A stretch of 64,000 bases of DNA from Daphnia carinata (Eukaryota). Numbering within the stretch: the stretch's first letter is position 1; every line of letters begins with the position of its first letter. A program made the position numbers and the translations under genes. The notes below the pieces were generated by a model. It searched no databases, was not told the origin of the DNA, and saw nothing but the letters and a program-made list of their open reading frames with translations. The stretch is from assembly GCF_022539665.2 (NCBI RefSeq), contig NC_081333.1, positions 7,254,001 through 7,318,000 of the forward strand, written 5' to 3'. Below, in pieces: positions 1 through 13,139 of the stretch.

Positions 1-3000
1 GCTATTTGTTTTTATTTCATCATCTTCAATGATGAGAGGGAGAGCGTGATGGAATTAAAAATCCCCCTACAACAGGGACGTGAATCGCGTGTACGTGAGG
101 CCAATCAAGTTTTGAACCAAAAAAAAGCCGGCGGTGTTCCAAAACTTTGTAGAACATTTTTCTTATCTGATGGTATGCAAATTTTTCTGAAACAAAGAGA
201 ACTTTTAGCATTGCGGAACTCATTTGCATGAGGGTCGCCGCCCATGACCAATTAATTTAATATCCCCCCTCTTTTTGCTCAAATATGAAAACAAAAGTTG
301 TCCAGTTGATGGACAGTTGTATACAGACTGATAACAGCTAACGGATTACACACACACAGCTCGGGCTAATCTCCCAACTTAACTCTTAACGTTAAAAACC
401 GAGTTCCATTATCGTTTTCTCTTTATATTACAGTTGGATATGTTTTTGTTACTCTACTGTAATACTCTTTCTTTTTTTTTTCCCGAGTGCGTGTTATTTG
501 GCTGCTGGTCTCCCTTCTGACAGCTTCGGGACCCCCTGCAACAAAGTTCCTCCCAAGAGACTTGGCTCCTCCCCATTTCCCGACTCGCATCTCTTCAACG
601 GCATTATACAGACAGCTAAAGGAAATGTTTGGGGAGTTTTACTAGTTTTTACTTCTAGCTTCCCTCTCTATATCTGTGTGTGTGTGTGTGTGTAGGTTTA
701 AATATAAGTTGCGTTTCTCTCCCCTTCCCTGTTCAAAAAAAAAAAATGTGTGTTTACGTTGAACTCATCTCTCAGTTTCAACCGGCAATCAACTTGCCAT
801 CGGCACTTCGTCTGTTGTTTTTCGGAATTTTTTCCAAATGCGGGATTTTCAAAAATAAAAAAATTTGAAATTGATTTCAACGTTAAAGTCCTATAGTGGC
901 AGCTAATATATCAGAGAGAGAGAAACACGAAGTAGCCTCTTCTTTTTTAAAGGGGGGCGTCTCCAGGGTGTCGTCGTCGATCACTATAGTCTCAGGGTCT
1001 CTTGATATCCATCTAATCCGCACTCGAAAAAAAGGTCCACGACTCTATATATCTAGAGTATATATATATATGTCGCCCTGCTGTATGTTAGTTCGAGAGT
1101 ATCGTTTTTGACACAACCAGAAATGCCCATTGATGTACGGTGATATCGGAACTACTTAATTTCATTCAGAAGACATTATTATTATTATTTTTTTTTTGTC
1201 TAGGACTAAAAAAGACATATATATCCATTCTTCAATGATGTCATCCATCATCCAAAGTCCCAAGGAAGTTCCGTATGCCATTATTTTTTGGCCCGGAAAT
1301 CATTTATTTACGTGCTCACGACGTATCAATGCATTCGAAATAATAGAATCAAAGCAGACGAACCTTAAAATCAAACCCTCTTTTTCTTTTCCTTGCTAAA
1401 TTTTAAGCATAACATTTCATTCATTAATAAGCGCATTTTAAGATGATTTTTTAGGAACTCAATATATTTATATTGTGCGCGAAACATAAACAATACGTTG
1501 CAGCGATGCGTTGCGCAAACTCGGCGTTCTCCCGTTGCACGGCTCCAATTTGAAGAGTTATATACAGCGGTCGCTCTTTCTTTCTTTTTTTCACGAAAGA
1601 AAGAAAGAGGGGAGTGTGTGCACAGTCGGGACTCGGGCTGCTACTATGGTCTCTAGAGATTTAGACCAATCAAAGAGCAGCAAATAACCTGCCTCTAGCT
1701 TTTGCCTCCTGCACGGCCTTTTTTCTTTATTTCTTTTTTTTTCTTCTTCTTCTTCAAGAGAGAGAGCTCCTTTATTCTTTGGGCTGCCTTTTATATTACT
1801 TTGTGTGTATACTTGTATATACTTTTATATTTTAAAAAATGGGGACGAATTAAAATAGAAATATGGATGTTCCAAAATGAAATATATAAAAAAGGGAGAT
1901 TATTAATGCGAACCTAATTTGAAAAAATAGAAAAGAAAAAGATTTTAAATGGCAATTAAATTGATTTCGTAAACGAAAGATTTCCCTTCCCCACCCAATT
2001 GCGTAATTATAATAAAACACGATAAATACGCATTTAAAATTTAAAAAAAAAACGAAACCCACTAAAGCTGTGGGGGTAGACACACACAAAACTTTGCAAA
2101 CTATTGAAAGGACTTTATTGACATGGAGCTGCTGGTTGGCGATAGCAAACACACACATGTCGTGCGTGCGTATAGGAACGCACCACTCCCGTCTTTTTTT
2201 TTTGGCTGCACACTGCTGTTCGCCGCCGCCCTTGGTTGCCATGGTTACACCTGCCGCATTTTCAGGGTATAGACTACCGCAGATCGTTAAACCCCCTCTC
2301 TCTTGCTGCTTCTTTTTGTATGTGTGGAGGTCTTATATATCCGTACCTCTCTTTTCTCATTGATTTCTTTCGTCGCCCCGACTCACGCACATCCTTTTCT
2401 TAGACGTTGCCAGCAAAAAGTTCCCATCACGCGGCCTAAACGTTGCATTGAATTCCACAAACTAAATGAACGAATCCTTTTTATTTTCTAATCGTAATAT
2501 ACTTTTGAATAAGCGAATAAAATAAAAGGACAATATTTACCAATCGAGCAAAGTACTTGTATATAAAAAAAAAAACACACAACAAAAGAGCAACTAGAGA
2601 AAGTCTTTATCCAGTGTGCGCAATGAACCATTGAATCGACTTTCTCTTGTGATGGGGGTAGCAGGTGTAGGCTCAGCCTCCCCCTCTTCCACGCAGAAAA
2701 AAAAAACACACATATGTTACATTTTCCTTTCTCGTGATAGGTCCCATCAATGTTTTTTTCTTATATAAAAACGTATATACAATAGAACACGATTTTCCTC
2801 TCTGGCGTACACGTAAAAAGCGAGAGCAACAGAAGGAGCAACAGTGACACCCACTCCCTTCATATCCATCTCCGTGTGCCTCCCCCATTTCGAACCCTTC
2901 GATAGACAGTCGAGCTATTACAAGCGACGACGACAACTAGACAGAGTATCCCTCCTCCCAAGCAATCTGCATAATGTATAGATTTCTGCTGCTCTGTTGT

Positions 3001-5867
3001 TGTTGTTGCATTCTATACGAACTATTGTTTTGCTCCTGATTTTCGCTTCACTGCAGATGGACAATAAGACATTTTCTATATTTGCTCTGTGTGCAAATCA
3101 ACACGTTTATACAAGTGCGTTTAAAGGGCTGTGGAATCGATAAAATGGAACTCTTGCTGCGAGTTTTAAATTGCGTATATCTACAGAAACAGCTCCCGTC
3201 GGAGAGAATCCTTTTTTTTGTGTGTGATGGGAAAATGTCAATAGATAATCTCCCCGAGTAACAAACACACACACAAATGGATGAATGTCAAAGAGGATGA
3301 CACATATTCGGGTTGGCACAACTTTTTTCTTTCGAAGGGGGAGGCTGATCAATCAGACCTGCCCTATAAAAAAAAATGGTTGACATGTAGCGTTTTCTCC
3401 CCATCAGAAAAATGACGTTAAAACAAATGAAAGAATTTTCTTTTATCGATTAGATAGTTCTTTTAAAAGAATTGTGTTACCCTATTTATTTATTCCCTGT
3501 GTATTGCCCATCAATCGCCAACGTTTCCCTTTAAAAATGACCTATCCCATCGCAGCAACACAATACGTATATATAGAAACAAGATACACACACGCACTGC
3601 ATTACATATAAATGTATACGTTATATATATATATATACTTGTATGTAGCGCATACAGTTGGGGCGGCGAGTTATAAGTGAGATAGAGAAAAAAAAAAGAG
3701 TAACTTTATTTGCCCAGGCGATAATTGCATAGAACCCCCCGAGTTGCTCCGGCATGGCTCTCCGGAGACTAGCACACCATCAGCAAAAACCTAGTAGAGA
3801 AAAACTATTGCTTTCTCGCCTTGTGTCTGTGACATACACAAACCTCGCTTACTAAAAAAAAAAATAATTTTATATTTTCTTGTTCATTTTTTTTTAAAGC
3901 TAAAAATAAATTCTGATTGCACGGAGCAATCCCCGTCTATGACCTGTACGAATCGGAGGGAATTAAAATGTATTGATATTTTGCATTTGGCTTGAGGCTA
4001 TACGTCGAGTCGTTTCCGATTTCCATGAAACAAACAAAGGGATATTACATCAGAGTTCCTTCCCTTCACAACTGGGGGAGGGGATCTATATTTTAAATAT
4101 TTAAAAACGTCGCGACAACGTGATCCACTGTTCTATTATATAACACTAATAGGAAGATAAGCATCTATTATCTCGATAAATAAATAAAAATAGCAAAGAC
4201 TTGCAGCGGAAACGAAAACTTTTTTGTGATCCCGATGGATTTCCTCTTCTTTCTTTCCTGTATTTCGAAGAGATAGCAAAAAATAAAAGAGATGAAGAGG
4301 GGGGCAAATAAAAACATTCTCCTTTTTTTTTCCCTCTTCCGGCGATCCATTCACCTCCTCCGGGAGTTATACAGTACACTAGCACTGCAGTGTATGTCTG
4401 CCGGTGTATGTTTTCAAAAATGAACGAATCTTTTCTTAACAGTAAGAATTTTTTCTTTTTGAAGACAAACTTATATGTTTCCCTTTTATACCTCACGGAT
4501 ATGCGTTTGACCGTTGCATCGGCATCATTAAAACACGTAACGTCGCAAACGTATGCATAACAGAGTTCAATATGAACTTGATTATTTTGCGTGTAGGCAG
4601 ACGTTTCGTAATAACTAATGTAAAAACGTACCGACTACATTCAAAGTTTTCAAACAATGTCAAATTTACCGGAAGCCTTATAAATGTCTATGAAGATGGA
4701 TGAACGTAAAAAGGCAAAATAATGGTGTCAAATTGCATAACGTGGATCCGGCGAACGTAGATATTCTGTGCAACTGGGATATGAGAAAGAAAATGCTAAT
4801 GACTGACTTTCTCGGTCTTATTATTTTCTTTTTTTTTCAACCTCGTGAGCGATGTACGGTGGAGAGTCGCAAGAGGGGAAATTTTTAAAAAAGGAAGTAG
4901 AAAAGATATGGCGTCCACGGCCTGATGGATGGATGGCCTCAGTCGGGATGACACATATGGGGCGTGGTTATATACTTTTCATTTTACACCTCTATTTTCA
5001 ACCCCCCATTTAGCTACCCTTTCGTTTTTAAATACGAAATACATATAGCCATCCCTCCTCCCTTCGTCATGAAAAGTTCTGCAACATATTTCCCTCTCCT
5101 ATTCACAAAAAAAAAAAAACATTGTAAAAATCTTCTTTTCAAGTAGTACCAAGAGCTGATTTCAATGTAGAACATAAAATACTTGTGCTATAATAAAAAA
5201 AAAAAAATTTAAGTTCTCTCCCCCTTCCATATTTTCAACTGGATTTTCGGGATATAATTCGAAGAGCCGGTAATAGAGATAGGGGGGGAATGACGAACGG
5301 GTCGCGCCCATTTGATCCGATTGTGATGCAATTTTATGTGACATGACACGATGATCCTGGCCATCTGTATACCTATATAAAGTTACATACATCATGAAAT
5401 GTGTTTATCCCGAGTCTATGGGGTGCTACGTAAGAAGAAGTCATCTTGTGTGCGCAGAACATAAAGATATTAGCATAGTTGCCATCATTTATTCCGGAAG
5501 CAGAATTTATTTATAGTCAAAAGGAAGCTTCGTTGTGTTTTAAGAAAAAAGGGCGGGGGGATGCAGGCGAGCAATCAAGAAATTAATTGGGTCTCTTGGG
5601 CCAATGCCGCATTGAATTAATGATAAGATTCAGATAATAAAGAGAAAAAGAAAATGAAAAATTCAACCGTGAAATCACGACCCGATCTCGAAATTATGCG
5701 AGGGAATGCTATTGCAATTTGAAATGATCAGACCACAGGAACAAAACAAAAAAAAAATGTATTTTTAGATGATGTTCATTCCTTTGTGTAAATCCAAGTT
5801 GACTGGATCAAAGTGAATATGTTGAGTCTCTCTATAGTCGGGGTAACACAGAGAATACATAACTGAG

Positions 5868-5888
5868 GGAGAGAGAGAGAGAGAGAGG
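5868..5888. repeat. (GA)n microsatellite, representative of many (GA)n/(GT)n and homopolymer tracts across the window
   Basis: Direct reading. Similar tracts at 675-692, 25582-25603, 26395-26410 and 28322-28340. Confidence 0.9.
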
Positions 5889-6262
5889 GAATCTGCAACG
5901 CTATCCGCTAATCCTCTCAAAGGGACTTCTCACATTTCCCGACGACGCCGCCACAGCCGGGGCCGATCGACCCCACACACGTCATCCCGAATATGGTAAG
6001 TTTTTATACACTGAATTCGACGCCACGATTCTGGCCACGAAAAAAACCTTTCATCCTGGATATATATATTTTTTTTGTTATCATGTCCATCTCCCCTCCA
6101 CCGAACGCTTGTTATTTATTTATGAACCCATGTTTCTTTTTAGGCCCGTGTGTGATGTCAAGAATCTTGAAGAAGGTAATCGATTTAAGAATTTTTATTT
6201 GAAAATTTTTCAATGCCAGACCAGCAGCAAATGAATTGAAAAAAAAAATAAAATAAAATAAA

Positions 6263-6643
6263 TCAACCGAGGATGAGGGTCTTCTTGTAGCCGCCACCGC
6301 CTCCGCCACCTCCGCCAAGAACTTTGTCCAAAGTGCCTAATGGATTAAGAGCCATTTCGAGAGGATCCATATCGTCGAGACTAGCCAAGTCGGATGGATC
6401 GTCCAGCAAAGGTGAAGATCTGGCACCCAATGGTGCGATGGGTCCAAGTGATCCTGGTGGCAAAACTGGTAGAGATACTGTACGTGGTGGATAACCGTAA
6501 CCTCCATTAGACGGACGAGCATCAGCCATGAAGGCTACAGCGCACAAGACGGCCAACATCTTGAATAATAGAATGTAATTGAATCATAGCAAAATGAAAA
6601 ATTGTAAAGATAAAGAACTTACGATGAAAGCTTTGAATGTCAT
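6263..6643 (-). CDS. Small secreted Gly/Pro-rich protein (about 105 aa), no recognisable family; 2 coding exons (6623-6643, 6263-6559)
   Basis: ATG at 6643 gives MTFKAFI, followed by a GTAAGT donor and an AG acceptor at 6561-6560, then MLAVLCAVAFMADARPSNGGYGYP...[17 protein letters not shown]. The N-terminus is a hydrophobic signal peptide with an ADA cleavage motif. A TATA-like element lies upstream. Confidence 0.85.
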
Positions 6644-6745
6644 TTTTCAAACTGACGTTTTGGAATGAGCTGAGAGTTCTTGATGGGAGGACTGCTGCTG
6701 GAAGAGGCAGAAGACTGGATGATTGTTGAGTACATTTCTTGGCCA

Positions 6746-6753
6746 GTTATATA
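6746..6753 (-). promoter_or_regulatory. TATA box of the small secreted-protein gene
   Basis: The minus strand reads CCCTATATAAC about 105 nt upstream of the ATG at 6643. Confidence 0.55.
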
Positions 6754-7211
6754 GGGATGCAAATCGACCTCGTCAAAGGCCAGCAATAGTAAAATTTGTT
6801 TAAAAAACACAAAAAAACATGTTGATGAAATAAAAAGAGCCATGTTCATTGTCATTGAGGATTAAAAAATGTTTGTTTTTTCATATCAGTGCCATTAGCT
6901 TTTTATTATGAGAAGGTCATAACATTTTTTCCAAATTTTTATATTCGTCATCTATTTGCTGTGCGTAATACAATAGTTCTGCGAAACCTACATCATTCCA
7001 CGATGCAACTGTGCGCATATTTTATGAAAAATTGTCTAAACAATTCAATATTATATTACCAACGATATTATCATATAGACTAGGACTATACTTGTGTGCA
7101 TAAATTGAATTTAATAAATAAAATAAATAAAACAAGTCGTTTTCTTTGTAGATCGATTGTAGCATTCACGCGTAATTTTTAAAAGTGTCCGGCCATTGAC
7201 TCCCTGCCAAT

Positions 7212-10200
7212 TTACCAGGCTTTGCGTGGGCGAGGTCCATCTCCCCTGGATTCATGGCAAAAACAATATTGTCATAAATATTATAAAAGTTGTGCTCATA
7301 TTTCATATTTTTTTTTTTGTGATTCTCGAAAAGAAAAAGTTTGAAAATGCATAAAGAAACACGTACTCGAGCTCCAATTCTCTCTTGGCTCCGAAATTAT
7401 AGCCGTAGTCTGCCCCATACGGATCTCTTGACTTGTCATCCAGGATGTAAGGCTTCTGGGAATTCTTCGTGTAGGCATCATCCTTTTTTTTATAAAAAAA
7501 AAAAAAACATTATTTAAAAATCAATAAACTTTTGTTCTAGGACTTTTATTAATCGATTGTTTTAAGTGAACGTACCATTTTATTGCGATTATTAGTAGCG
7601 TTGGTTCTACTTTCAGGTGTCGAAATAACTTGATCGTCATTGGGATTGCGTTTCACTTTGAAATAGCAATACTCGACAGCCAGTGTGACGCAGGCCAAAA
7701 AGATACCAACGAAAATGACGATAAAGACACCACCTAGAATGAAATTATTAAATCAAAGTTCGTTTCTTTTTTTTAAAGGGATGAAGACATTAAACAAACC
7801 AATGTTTTGAATGGAAATGCCGTCGGATTGATCGTTAGTGTCACCGCATTCCTTCTTCTCGGGATTATCGGTCCACCAGCGCTCCTTGAGAGTCTCCAGA
7901 CGTCGCTGGTTGAGCAAGCGCAGGATGGCGTCGTTGAGGAGATCGCGCAAAGGCGAGCCCTCCTGGACGGCCACAGCGTACGGTTTGCGTGAGAATTCTT
8001 CACCGACCATCTGCAAATCGCAGTTGACCAATACTTGGTAACGAATATCCGTCGCATCACCTACACAAACAAGCCAAAAAAAAAAAGAATTATATTTATA
8101 AAAAATAAGAGAACAAACTTTCATGTCCACGTACCGAGGAAGGCAAAGCCGTCGTTATTTTCAGCGTTTGAGGCACGGACACGAGTTAATGCCTCTTCAA
8201 ATGTTTGTGGCAATCCAGCATCCTGTTTGTTGAACAATCGTCAATTAAAACTCGTATTTTGAAAATAAAAAAAAGGGAATTTTCATTACCTGCATGGATT
8301 GCCAGATTTTAGTGTACTTGTCGCTGACTGGGTAGTCCCAGACGGCCAACTTGGATCGTTCAACTTCCGACATGGAATCGTTCAAGCTCATGTCCTTCCA
8401 AATCCTTTTTGATTAGAGTATTAAAACAGTAAATAATGAATTTCTTCTTTAAAAGTAATCATCAATCATACTCGTAGAATCGCTTTTCGATGTAGGCCAT
8501 GCGTTCAAAGTAGGTAGACACATCGGTGCCGTTCTGGGGAGCGTATTGCACTTTGTACTGAGTGGCCAAGTCGTCCAGTGAGTTGACGGGCGAGTCGAGA
8601 CGGGAAACGGTCAAAAAGGCAGCCAAGTTAGCAGTGTACGAAGCGATAATGATGAAACCAAACAACCACCAAGTAGCGGCAATCAATCGACCGGAAAGAT
8701 GCTTGGGGGATTCTCCACCACCCTGCCGATTTGTTTTCGATAATGAGAAACGTGTGAAATTTGACTTGCAAGTCTATAAATCACTCACCTGAGGTGTCAA
8801 TGATGTCATACAAAACCAAAGAGATTCTTTAAGTGAAAATTCTCGTTTCTCTTCCTCAGGATCGTCTGCGTACTTTTCCTTATTGTTTTGATACGAATAG
8901 GGAGACCAACGATCGAAAATCCATAACAAGATACTGCAAAACATTTAGTAGCAGTTTAGAGGATGGCTTGTGTTTGGGATAAAGAGGAAATTACCTAGTA
9001 AAAAAGTAAGCTGCTAAAATGCATCCCCAGACGTCGTTTTCGAGCACAGTGAGAAATTTAAACAAGGATGTTGAGACTTGTGGCTTGGCCATCAAAATGC
9101 TTATGCCCACCAGATCGTAGTAAGGCACCGTGAAATCGATAACATTTTCACGCTCAGCCATCACAGCCAAAGCTCCTAATCCTATATCAGCTCTCTTTCG
9201 TTTGTAAACATGAAATTTGATTATGCATTTCTTTTCTTTTTGGGATTTGATCGCTTGTGGATCGTTTCTATGCACACCTTCTCCATCAATTCTTTGATCA
9301 TGCCGTTCCAATTCATTTTGCTATCCATGTTGCCGTATTTACCGTCAGGTACTTCATACAACTCGTATTCAAAACCCATTATTGCTTGGATATCTTTGAT
9401 GAGATCGACGCAATAACCGTAGAATTCCACGGTCCCATTTCCTTTCCGTTTCATGATAAATGGCGCTTGCTAGAACAGATGAAAAACACCATCTAGCGCC
9501 CGATATTTGTATTAGATGTAAGACGCCATGTTTACTTACCACCACCACGGCGATTTTGAATACACTGACTACTTGGAAAGGACGGAGGGATTGTCCAGCA
9601 GCAAAAGCAATTTCACCGGGCATTCCAGCTTTCCATATTCCTAGTGCATTTTTTGACTCAAGCCGGCTATTTTTGAAATTCATTTGGTTCACCGTCATTT
9701 CCACTTGTGGGTAAGATTTACCGTTTCCATTTAAAATTAACTTGGCAAATGTCGTTCCTACATTAGCCTGATCATCCACGTGTTTCTTTATTTTGTTAGA
9801 TGTAATGTAATATTCCGTGAACTATACTTACGTCAGTGAAAGCTTTTTGTAGATCCAGATTTTTCCTCACAGTAGCAGCTATATTTGAGCTGCTACATTT
9901 TGGATAAATCATGTCAGTTGGCCACGTATTAGCCTCAATCATGTTCCTGTAAATGGCACTTCAAAAATATCTGAATTTGTATAGACCAACACACTTTATC
10001 AAACTCACTTGACGGCGGTAAGAGCTTTTAGAGTCACATCAAAATAGAAACCAGTATCAACACTGTAACCCGTATTGAGGCCAGAAGTCCTGTACAAAAT
10101 CCCATTTGCCACATCTGGGTTAATCGTTGGTGTGGCAAACAAAATGGAACCATTTTCTGTCCTGACAAATGGCTCTGAAGAACCATCCTTTGAAAGAAAA

Positions 10201-11258
10201 GAATAACCTAATTTTAGTTATGCCTACCAGCAATAATATTTAGACCATGTAGACAATACCTTGGTCAAGGCACACCAAGAATATTTTTTACCAAAATAAT
10301 TTTCTTGTGCCGCTGCCATCAGAACCTGATTGATACGATCGTTTTTTCCTAGTACGAAAAAATTCACGATATCCATGTCTTCAAGCCGTCTTATTTGAGT
10401 ATTGATGTTGGTCTCGATCCTGGAGAACATGTGGCGAATAGGGCGGTTCTTCAGTAACGACTTGTACTTGTTTGTCACATCTACGAGGTACAAAAGTTTA
10501 GTCACAAGATGTGAAAGCGTTTTATCTAACATACCGAAACTATCGTCGTAGAGGATGGCTGCGTTTGTCATGTTTTGCATGGAGGAAACTAGCGCTATTA
10601 ATTGCGGTATGATATCGCTTGGGGGCATAACCTGTACTAGGTATTTTGTCTGATTACTGTCAATGTTACTCCACTGCCTACAATCATCAGTAATAATTAT
10701 TAGACCATCGCTTATTAACAAACGCTATTAATTAATTCAAACTTTATATCTCCAACACCCCCGTAGGAACCGCTAATTGTGGGCAAACCCAGGTTACGTG
10801 TCAGAGCCTTCATGACTTCCGAGGAGATTCCAGCCCATGTGAAATCCAGCACCAGATGAGGAGGAATGCCCGCGTCAACCGATTTATCATAGAGGCTACA
10901 AACTGCGTTGGAAATTTCATTATTACATCTGAAAATATTCAAGAAAATTGCCTGTTATTTTACCATCGTCAACTGTCAGGTACTTTTGGGTAGAATCAAG
11001 AACCACACGAGTAACATTTCCAATGCTAAGTCCTGGAACTTTGGTTCGTTCGAGGTAACTCTGGACGGCTGTAAAGGCGCGATCGGCATCCCCATTATTG
11101 GTTTCATAAACCAACACTTAAAAGAGAAAAAAGAACGAGTGGAAATAGCTATGTTAATTTATCCATCGTTTAACACGTTACTTACGAACACGGATGGGAT
11201 CAATAGAATGAACGACGAAAACCAATCCCAGCACAAGGAACAATCTCAGCGAACACAT
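7212..11258 (-). CDS. Ir25a: Ionotropic receptor 25a (iGluR-family chemosensory co-receptor with N-terminal domain), multi-exon
   Basis: Signal-peptide exon 11186-11258 ([14 protein letters not shown]); ATD ([23 protein letters not shown]); S1 ([51 protein letters not shown]); M1-pore-M2 ([51 protein letters not shown]); S2 ([25 protein letters not shown]); M3 ([19 protein letters not shown]); final micro-exon ...[10 protein letters not shown] with the stop at 7212-7214. These motifs are characteristic of IR25a orthologues. Confidence 0.93.
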
Positions 11259-13139
11259 CGCTTTTTGCTTTCACGGTTGTTTTCCCCTCTTGTGACACGT
11301 CCGGAAATGATGTGGGATGTCCTCGATCCTCCGAATTACTGCCGTGTCCGCGTTCGATCGCAGTAGGTAAGACCCACGTTCTTCGAAATATTCCTGCAAG
11401 TTGTCATGGATGTATTGTTCCGCCTCTGGCCGATCTACCTTCCTTTCAGCAATTATTATTTAAAGCTGGTTTCCAAGACACCGGTGACGTCACAATCGCG
11501 TAAAGCTACAACAAACTTTGCGCAAATAACTGACGGCTGTTATTTTCCGGTCAATAATTTTTATTCGTTTTTTTTTATGTTTGTTTTGGAGTAGCACTTT
11601 AAAATTCATTAACGTATATACAATGAATAATTATTCATTTCTACCATTTTAAATTTTTCGTTTGGGTTCATCTGAAGGGTTTTTTTGGGATCTCTTTACA
11701 GTTCCATAAAATCGCAAAAAGAAAAGTTCAAAATATTAGCGTGAAGTTTTATGCAACTGATTTCCTAATATAATCTGTATATCTTTGTATTTAAGGAACA
11801 AATGTGCTGTGCTTGCCGATTGCTTCCGTTGCTAGGCGACCTCCGAGATTATTGCAAAAGATTCAAACGATGGCCCGTGCAAAAGGAGATAGCATTGAAA
11901 TATACAGCGAGGCATCGAAAGCCGGGAAAACGTCGAAACTGAATACAGGAGTCTGTTTCTGGCACACTCTTCATAAATAATCACATCTCCCTCGGCAACC
12001 ATCGAGTCTGTTTGAATAGCTTCACAAGGACGTTCGATTGACTGCACCTGACCCGATTCTCACAAGAGGAAACTAGGTTTCGTCCCTTCGAGACCTTCCC
12101 TTTCATGGGCGACTTCAATATTTTAGTAGGCAGCAGGGGAAGATTCGAGTCTATCAAACAATCGCTAGGATGAATCGATTGACAATGAACAAGCATTTGT
12201 CGAACCTCGAATTCTTTTGGATCGCATGATGAATCCATTTGTGTAGCGTGCACATAATGGCGCTTCCTCATCTCGTTAAAGGTTTTTTAACATTATCAAA
12301 AGAAGATGTCAATGCTGCAGCAGTGCGAAAAACAATGGCATGTTTCATCAATAGCTTCGAATTTATATTTTGTATTCTTTTTTTAAAATTTGTAACTGAC
12401 GGTGGCTGATATTCAACTGTTTGACTTACTTTTATTTTTTAGGCCAAAGGAACGTGCATTCCGCAACGGTTGTTTTCATAATCATCAACTCTTCTATCTA
12501 GTTTGATCTGGATATTATTGAGGAAGGCCAAAAGTGAAATTCTAGCTGCTTGGAGCAAACTTTTCTGCTCTGAAATGTTGTTGTTGAACCATTGAGTTCT
12601 CGAATGATATATCGGTATAGGGAAACCACTAGCCGCTTCGGCCATGATCGGTATGTCTATTTTTTGTTTGTGTCTCGTTTTTTTTTCCTCGTTTTCTTCA
12701 TCATTCGTTGACGCGGCCCTGAAGGTTTTTCCCCCCACAATACTTGCCCTAGAGTTTTTATCATTTATTGCGTAATTTAACTATTCTAATCATTTTACCA
12801 GCGCAAAATCTATATAGAAAAGTTGAAAATGACGAATTCGATTCTTCTAAATATGCTTCTCATTTCAAATATTGTGATCGTTTTTGGGATCTAGATTTTT
12901 AGTTAACAAACATACCTCGTCCCCTAATAGTTGCTTCTTATTAAATTTACAGTAGTAAACAGAGGGACTGTTTTCAACTAGCTGTACTCGTTTCCGGTCT
13001 GAGCGAAAAGCCTTTATTTATGCAAATCAGTAGCTGTCGTTTGCTTTTTTCCGCCTGAATCGCTTATATAGGAGACCCAACTTTGTCTTGGAACTGCTCA
13101 TTTATTTCCGCCGTTTTACGTGCAAAGTAGACTCACACG

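Noticed and set aside
1573..1609. CTTT/AAAG inverted repeat hairpin
   Set aside because: Opposed simple repeats with low information content.
1..6200. Numerous 60-130 aa ORFs at the left end
   Set aside because: Built from homopolymer and microsatellite sequence (F/K/CV-rich), many with non-ATG starts, and with no domain motifs or coherent exon chain.
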